Source: the human T2T-CHM13v2.0 reference genome, Homo sapiens. Taken from it: DNA of 64,000 nucleotides. Positions 58,403-64,000 of this stretch are shown piece after piece; within the stretch, counting starts at the first letter, position 1; each line of letters begins with the position of its first letter. The notes beneath the pieces are model-generated. The model searched no databases. It had not been told where the DNA came from and worked only from the letters and a program-made list of their open reading frames with translations. Where the stretch lies: assembly GCF_009914755.1 (NCBI RefSeq), contig NC_060926.1; one strand, given 5' to 3'. A program made the position numbers and the translations under genes.

Positions 58403-58742
58403 AGGAATTTGGTAAGCCATGTTTACATATACAGTGGACCAGGTAGGAACCCTAAATATGCTTTTCCTTGGATTGGTCCAAATGCCTTGGTCATTCTCTC
58501 CCAGCATAATCCAAGCAAAGATAAACAATGACCAATGAATAAGGCTCAGTAGTCAATCGGTTGAATGGGAAAGCACCACAGCCACTTAGATCATAAAAAG
58601 CCCAAGTCTGCAGCCACTCAGTCAGTCCATTCTGCTAGCAAATTTCTGTTTATATATCTTCTCTCCAAGAAGGGGCTCTTCCAAAGCTGGCCCTAGATAG
58701 TTCCTCAGCCGATCGGTGAATTAATAGTCAATTAACTAAGTA

Positions 58743-58835
58743 TTAGGTTGATGTGAAAGTAATCACGGTTTTGCCATTGAATATGTTACATTGAATATAA
58801 AGGCAAAAATTGCGATCACTTTCATACCAACCTAA
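58743..58835. mobile_element. MADE1 mariner-derived MITE
   Basis: TA|TTAGGTTGATGTGAAAGTAATCACGGTTTTGCC...GGCAAAAATTGCGATCACTTTCATACCAACCTAA|TA; long TIRs with TA TSD. Confidence 0.9.
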
Positions 58836-58939
58836 TATTATCACCTCTTTTTCTAATATGTGACCCTGTGATAAGAGAAAACCCCCCGATTTTCCTCTAA
58901 AGACCCATTCATTCTCCACTTTCAGTGCATGCTTTTCAG

Positions 58940-59392
58940 GTCCTGCTGATCTCAGGGTGGGATTTTGATTCAGGTCCCAGTAATCAGAGCACTGCAGTAC
59001 CTGATTACCAACAGCCTTTACTATTTGTTCATGGCTGGGCTTGCAGTCCAAACTAGGCCAATGGAAACCCTTCCTGAGAATTTTTAAAGAATTAATTAAT
59101 AATCACACTTCCGTTTGGAATTGCTAAAGTGGTAGAATGTAGGTGTGATGCTACTGGTGATTACTCTGCCTCTGTGTGGGAACAGCCTTCCTGAGAATGA
59201 AGGCACCCCAAAGAAAAGTGAGCTCTGAGATGGAAGGGCTCAGCTCTGAAGATGTCATTTGAGCATCTATACGGTGCTGCATTGTACATATCATGCTTCT
59301 GGACTTCTAAGTTATTGAGCCAATAAGTTATTATATTTTGTTTAAGCACATTTGAGTTTGCATTTCTGTCATTGTCAACCAAGAGTTCTAAC
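58940..59392 (+). mobile_element. Old MaLR LTR (MLT1J/K-like)
   Basis: GAGCCAATAAGT...TTTGTTTAAGC...GAGTTTGCATTTCTGTCATTG...CAACCAAGAG terminal motifs; by eye. Confidence 0.6.
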
Positions 59393-60261
59393 AGTCGGCT
59401 CACAGAGCCTCCGATGTAACGTTCCCACTGTAAACATTCAGATTGATTAATTAATTTGAATCCCAGCTATAGAACCCTGATAGAGAGAATCTCTACCCTC
59501 TGATCCAATCAGACAGGCTCACAGAGCACAAACATACCTGTTGTACTCTGGTGGGTGGGTGAGGGGGGATAGTGATCATGGAAGAGGAACAGAGATACAT
59601 AACCAAAGCCATTTGGTTCAAATGTGTGTGACTTTTATAATCAGACAATAAGAATATTTATTTTGAATAATCACTTAAAACAATTTAAGTAGATTTGAAT
59701 AATCTATTAACAAATTTTTGCTTTTTTGTTACATTCAGTGGCTGCCAAGAGTTTTTAATCACTCAAGTGATTTTAGTTAACAATTAATAATGAAAATCTA
59801 AGCAACAAAAATGTTCACTCTAAGTCATTTGACATAAGAGAACTAGTGCTCAGATGGTACACGGAGAACCCATTTTTCATTTCCACGCTTCACAATCTCA
59901 CACTCTTTTGCCAAATTCCTACAACCAGTCCTTAATGACCTAGTCTCAGTCTCAAAGTACCTCTCTCCCTAAGGCATCCTGTCTCCCCAGAAACAGGAAT
60001 GTATTGCTAAGTGGACCTTACAGATTATTTAGGCCAGCTTTCATATGAGATGAAAAGTTTCAAAGAAGTCAATAATAGTGAAACATTTTTTTAAAAGGTT
60101 GGGGGGGGGATTCTAATTTTATTGAAATCCCCCAAAGAACTTGATATTACAGGTGACATCAGTTCCAGCTCAGACTGTAGCTAGTTGAGTCCTCTGTTCC
60201 ACAGATTTTATTCCTAAGTAGATCTTTGCCTTTAGAAGTGAGTGTCAAGCCTATTCAGTAA

Positions 60262-60612
<351 letters not shown>

Positions 60613-63600
60613 TCCATACCCATTATTTTAAAGAGGAGGAAACTCAGGCTCAGAAAATATGGACCAATAATCAAAGCAGGGAGACACGTACATCCCAGGA
60701 AGGAAAAATGGCTGGAACAAAGGCGCTGAGTCAAGAAAAGATATACTCAGGGACAAAATTTTGAAAATGAATTTGGATGTGACTTTAGTTGCTTAATGGG
60801 TTGACTGTAAACTTGAAAGGTAAATTATTAGGTCCAAATTATAGAAGGTTTTGAATGTTAAGGTGAAGGGTTGTTGCTTTGTTTTTAACTTTATAAACAC
60901 ATAAAAGTAGGGAAAGTTGAATAATGAAAGCCATGTGGTTACCACCCATTTTCTACAATGATCAACTCATGATCAGTTATATTCCTTCTATGACTCTACT
61001 TCCTCCCTCCTTCTCTTCTGTCTCCCAGATTATTTTGAAGCAAATCTTTGTCATAATATAGCTTTATAAATATTTCAACATATTTCAAGCCCCAAACTAA
61101 AGACTTAGAGGGTTTCTAAGTATTCTGTAGATAAGAAGAAGCCTTTGAATATTTTCAACCCAGGGAGCAACATGTTCAGAACTGCAGAAGGCTCTTCCGG
61201 CAGTTCCATATGGGATGGATTGGAGTAGGAAGTGGCAGGGTAGTGTAAGCACTTGATATGCCACATTGTCCTTGTCACAGAAGCGTTGTTTCCTATTTTC
61301 CAAGTTTAACGTATGCTCTATAGTTTCCCTTGCTGGTATTTAAGGGTAGAAATAATTTATAGATTCTTGGCCAATGGAGATATTTCCGTTTTAGAGGTTT
61401 TGTCATTCTGACATTTCAGTTTCACGCTTTGTAGTTCTTTTATGCATTGAGGTGTATGGCAATAATGTAAGTGTGAATTTTTCTATTTCTCCTTATGTAT
61501 TAAATATTCACCTTTTATTTTATTATATTGCTTAATGAGGACATTCTGTGTACTAGTTTGATGTTTATGGAAGAAAAACAAAAGCTTCCCTAGCTCTAAA
61601 AACTTGCCTTTTAAGTTCCTCATCTCTATAAGTAGCAAAACATAACACATAAATTATTCAGGCAATACAAAATGAAAATAAATACATTTCAATTGGCTAT
61701 CTAAGAGATTATTTCTCTGTGCATTGAGTCTTCTTTTATGTAGTCACTGCAAAACCATGAAAGATTGAAATATTTTCTGAATGAGAAATCTTTCAACATG
61801 AAGCAGCACACACAGCACTGTGAGCAGAAACTAAAATAAACCCTGTCTGGCCTCAAGGTTCATGTTGCATATTTAGAGTTGGAAATACTCATTTCAGGGT
61901 ACATTTTTCTTTAACCCAGTCATCCCAGAGTGGAACAACAACATAGAGAATAGATAAGATTGTCTGTCTGGCTAGCTGAACACACTGTCCTTCACACTGC
62001 TGAGAAATTTGCAGAGTATGGTAGAGGTTTTTAGATCTTGAAACTGTACAAGGCACTCTTCTGCTTTTAATTTATGCTTTGAAGATTTATACAAAATAGA
62101 AAGACCAAATAACTCACTTTCCATTTAAAGTGCTCACGTTTTCCATCTGGTACATTGTTATGAATAACATGTCTGCATGACATAACAGAAAATTTTTCAT
62201 ACCAGTGCGGGTCTGCCATCAATTTATAATCAGAAATGTCACATGACGTATTGAAAAGAAATCAGAATTACACACGGTTGCTGCATTTGCCTTCTTATAT
62301 TTCTTACCAGAAGCCCTTTTCCTTCTTTTCAGCTGCCTCTGTGAATTGTGTGGAATCATTAGAGAAAAACCCAAGTAGAGAGCTAGCAATTTTACAAAAC
62401 TGTAAAAAAGTTCTTTGAATAACCATAACAATGGTATATTTTCAGTGCTTTTCCTGTTATCTTTTTGGTTGCATTTTTAAATCAAAACACAAAATTGATA
62501 GATGACAGATAATAAAAAATTTTTATAACCAGATCTCTTCTAATGCTTGAAATTTCAGGTGAATCAACAGAAAGCAATATGAGCATGATTATGCTGCTAT
62601 AATGGGTCAGACCAGTACCTCATGCTAACTAAAAGTCTGTCTATGACTGTGGCAGTCATGTGTATTTTCTGAAAAAGAATTCTAGCTTCTCTACAGGATT
62701 TCAGACTTAGAAAGTCAGAGACCTGCCCAAAGCTTTCCCAAACTTCTAATTAACAGAGGGCCAAGGCAGAGAACTTGAGTTCTCATTACTGATCTCCCAC
62801 TAATGGGATGTGCCACCTTAGGTGTATTGTTAATTTCTGTTTACAGTGTTTCACTTTCTTTATTTCCAGATAAGAAAAGATTCTAATTACAAAAACAATT
62901 TTAAAAGAGTCTACACATAGAAGATAATAATTGCTATTATTTTTACTTATCTAAATCTAGGGAATCATGATTGCCAACAATCACTCAGCACCAACAATTT
63001 ACTGAATGTTTATCTGCCTGCATTCTTCTTGTGGCTGGAAATGTAGCAGTGAACCAGACCGAGACCCTGATCCGCTGGGTATATAGCTGGGGGAGTCAGA
63101 CATTCATGAAAATGACTTCTAGTGCCACAGATATTTCAAAAGATGCAGTAAAGAGTTCTGTGGGTCTGAATGATATGGTGTGCTAACCAAATATGTGAAG
63201 GTGGCGAAGGTCTCCTAGAAGAATTGGTGCAAAACTTGAGTCTCAAAGGATGAGCTGGGTGAGGAGTTGGGCACAGTATTCTGGGCAGTGGGAACATCAT
63301 GGACAGAAGCCTGAATGCAGCGGAGAGACTGACTCACTTGTGGGCATGAAGGAGATCAGCATGACTGGATTGGAGCTCACTTCCTGGTGTTTTCACCTCA
63401 TTGCATGTAAGCATCAATGGACCTACCCCTGCTTCTGGCCATATCAAACAGTTCAATAGTTTGGCATCTTTGTGATCAGCTTACAGAAGTGCTGTGGGCT
63501 TTGTCAAACCAGTTAGGAAGCTCTAGCTTACTGGTCGAGAGAACTTGGCATGAGAGGATGCTGACGAGTTAGACAGAGGTCTGATTGGAAGGGGCTGGGT

Positions 63601-63665
63601 GCTGAGCGGGAGTTGGGAAAGGAGGAGTTAGTGCAGGCAACACATTCAAGTTCATTGAAGGTTAG

Positions 63666-64000
63666 TGATATGGTTTGGCTGTGTTCTTATGCAAATCTCA
63701 TCTCAAATTATAATCCCCATAAACCCCGCGTATCGAGGAAGAAACTTGGTGGGAGGTGACTGGATCATGGGGCCGGTTTCCCTCATGCAGTTCTCCTGAA
63801 AGTGAATAAGTTCGGATGGGATCTGATGGTTTTATAAGTGTGTGACAGTTCCTCCTTCATGTGGTCTCTCTCTCTCTCACCTGCTGCGATATAAGTCGTG
63901 GCTGCTTCTCCTTCTGCCATGATTGTAAGTTTCCGGAGGCCTCCCAGCCATGTGGAATTGAGTCAATTAAACCTCTTTTCTTTATAAATTACCCAGTCTT
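63666..64000 (+). mobile_element. THE1-type MaLR LTR (cut by the window end)
   Basis: TGATATGGTTTGGCTGTG...GCCATGATTGTAAGTTTCC...AATTAAACCTCTTTTCTTTATAAATTACCCAGTC. Confidence 0.9.

Overview
Primate (most likely human) genomic DNA containing the 5' half of the fibronectin 1 gene (FN1) on the minus strand, plus about 27 kb of repeat-rich upstream sequence. I resolved coding exons 1-21 by hand from GT/AG boundaries and the translated protein. They run from the ATG at 36828 down to 255 (3348 coding nt) and encode the signal/propeptide, FnI 1-9, FnII 1-2, FnIII 1-5 and the first half of FnIII6; the gene continues past the window start. The CpG-island promoter (TSS ~37094) has a TATA-like box, CCAAT, a palindromic CRE and GC boxes. 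Intron 13 carries the read-through tail [10 protein letters not shown] and an intronic poly(A) site of the truncated MSF isoform. The rest is Alu, MIR, L1/L2 fragments, MaLR LTRs (MLT1, MST, THE1), MER58/MER5 and MADE1/MADE2 elements, and microsatellites. Repeat subfamily names were assigned by eye. Most short ORFs in the track are Alu or low-complexity artefacts. I see no clear new gene system. The best leads are regulatory: (i) a possible splicing-versus-polyadenylation switch in intron 13, with a (UG)11 tract beside a weak exon 14 acceptor and two intronic poly(A) signals; (ii) Alu-bracketed, stop-free circularisable exon blocks; (iii) an unexplained ~100-bp duplicated element upstream of the promoter; (iv) a near-abutting inverted Alu pair next to a (GGAA)13 tract.
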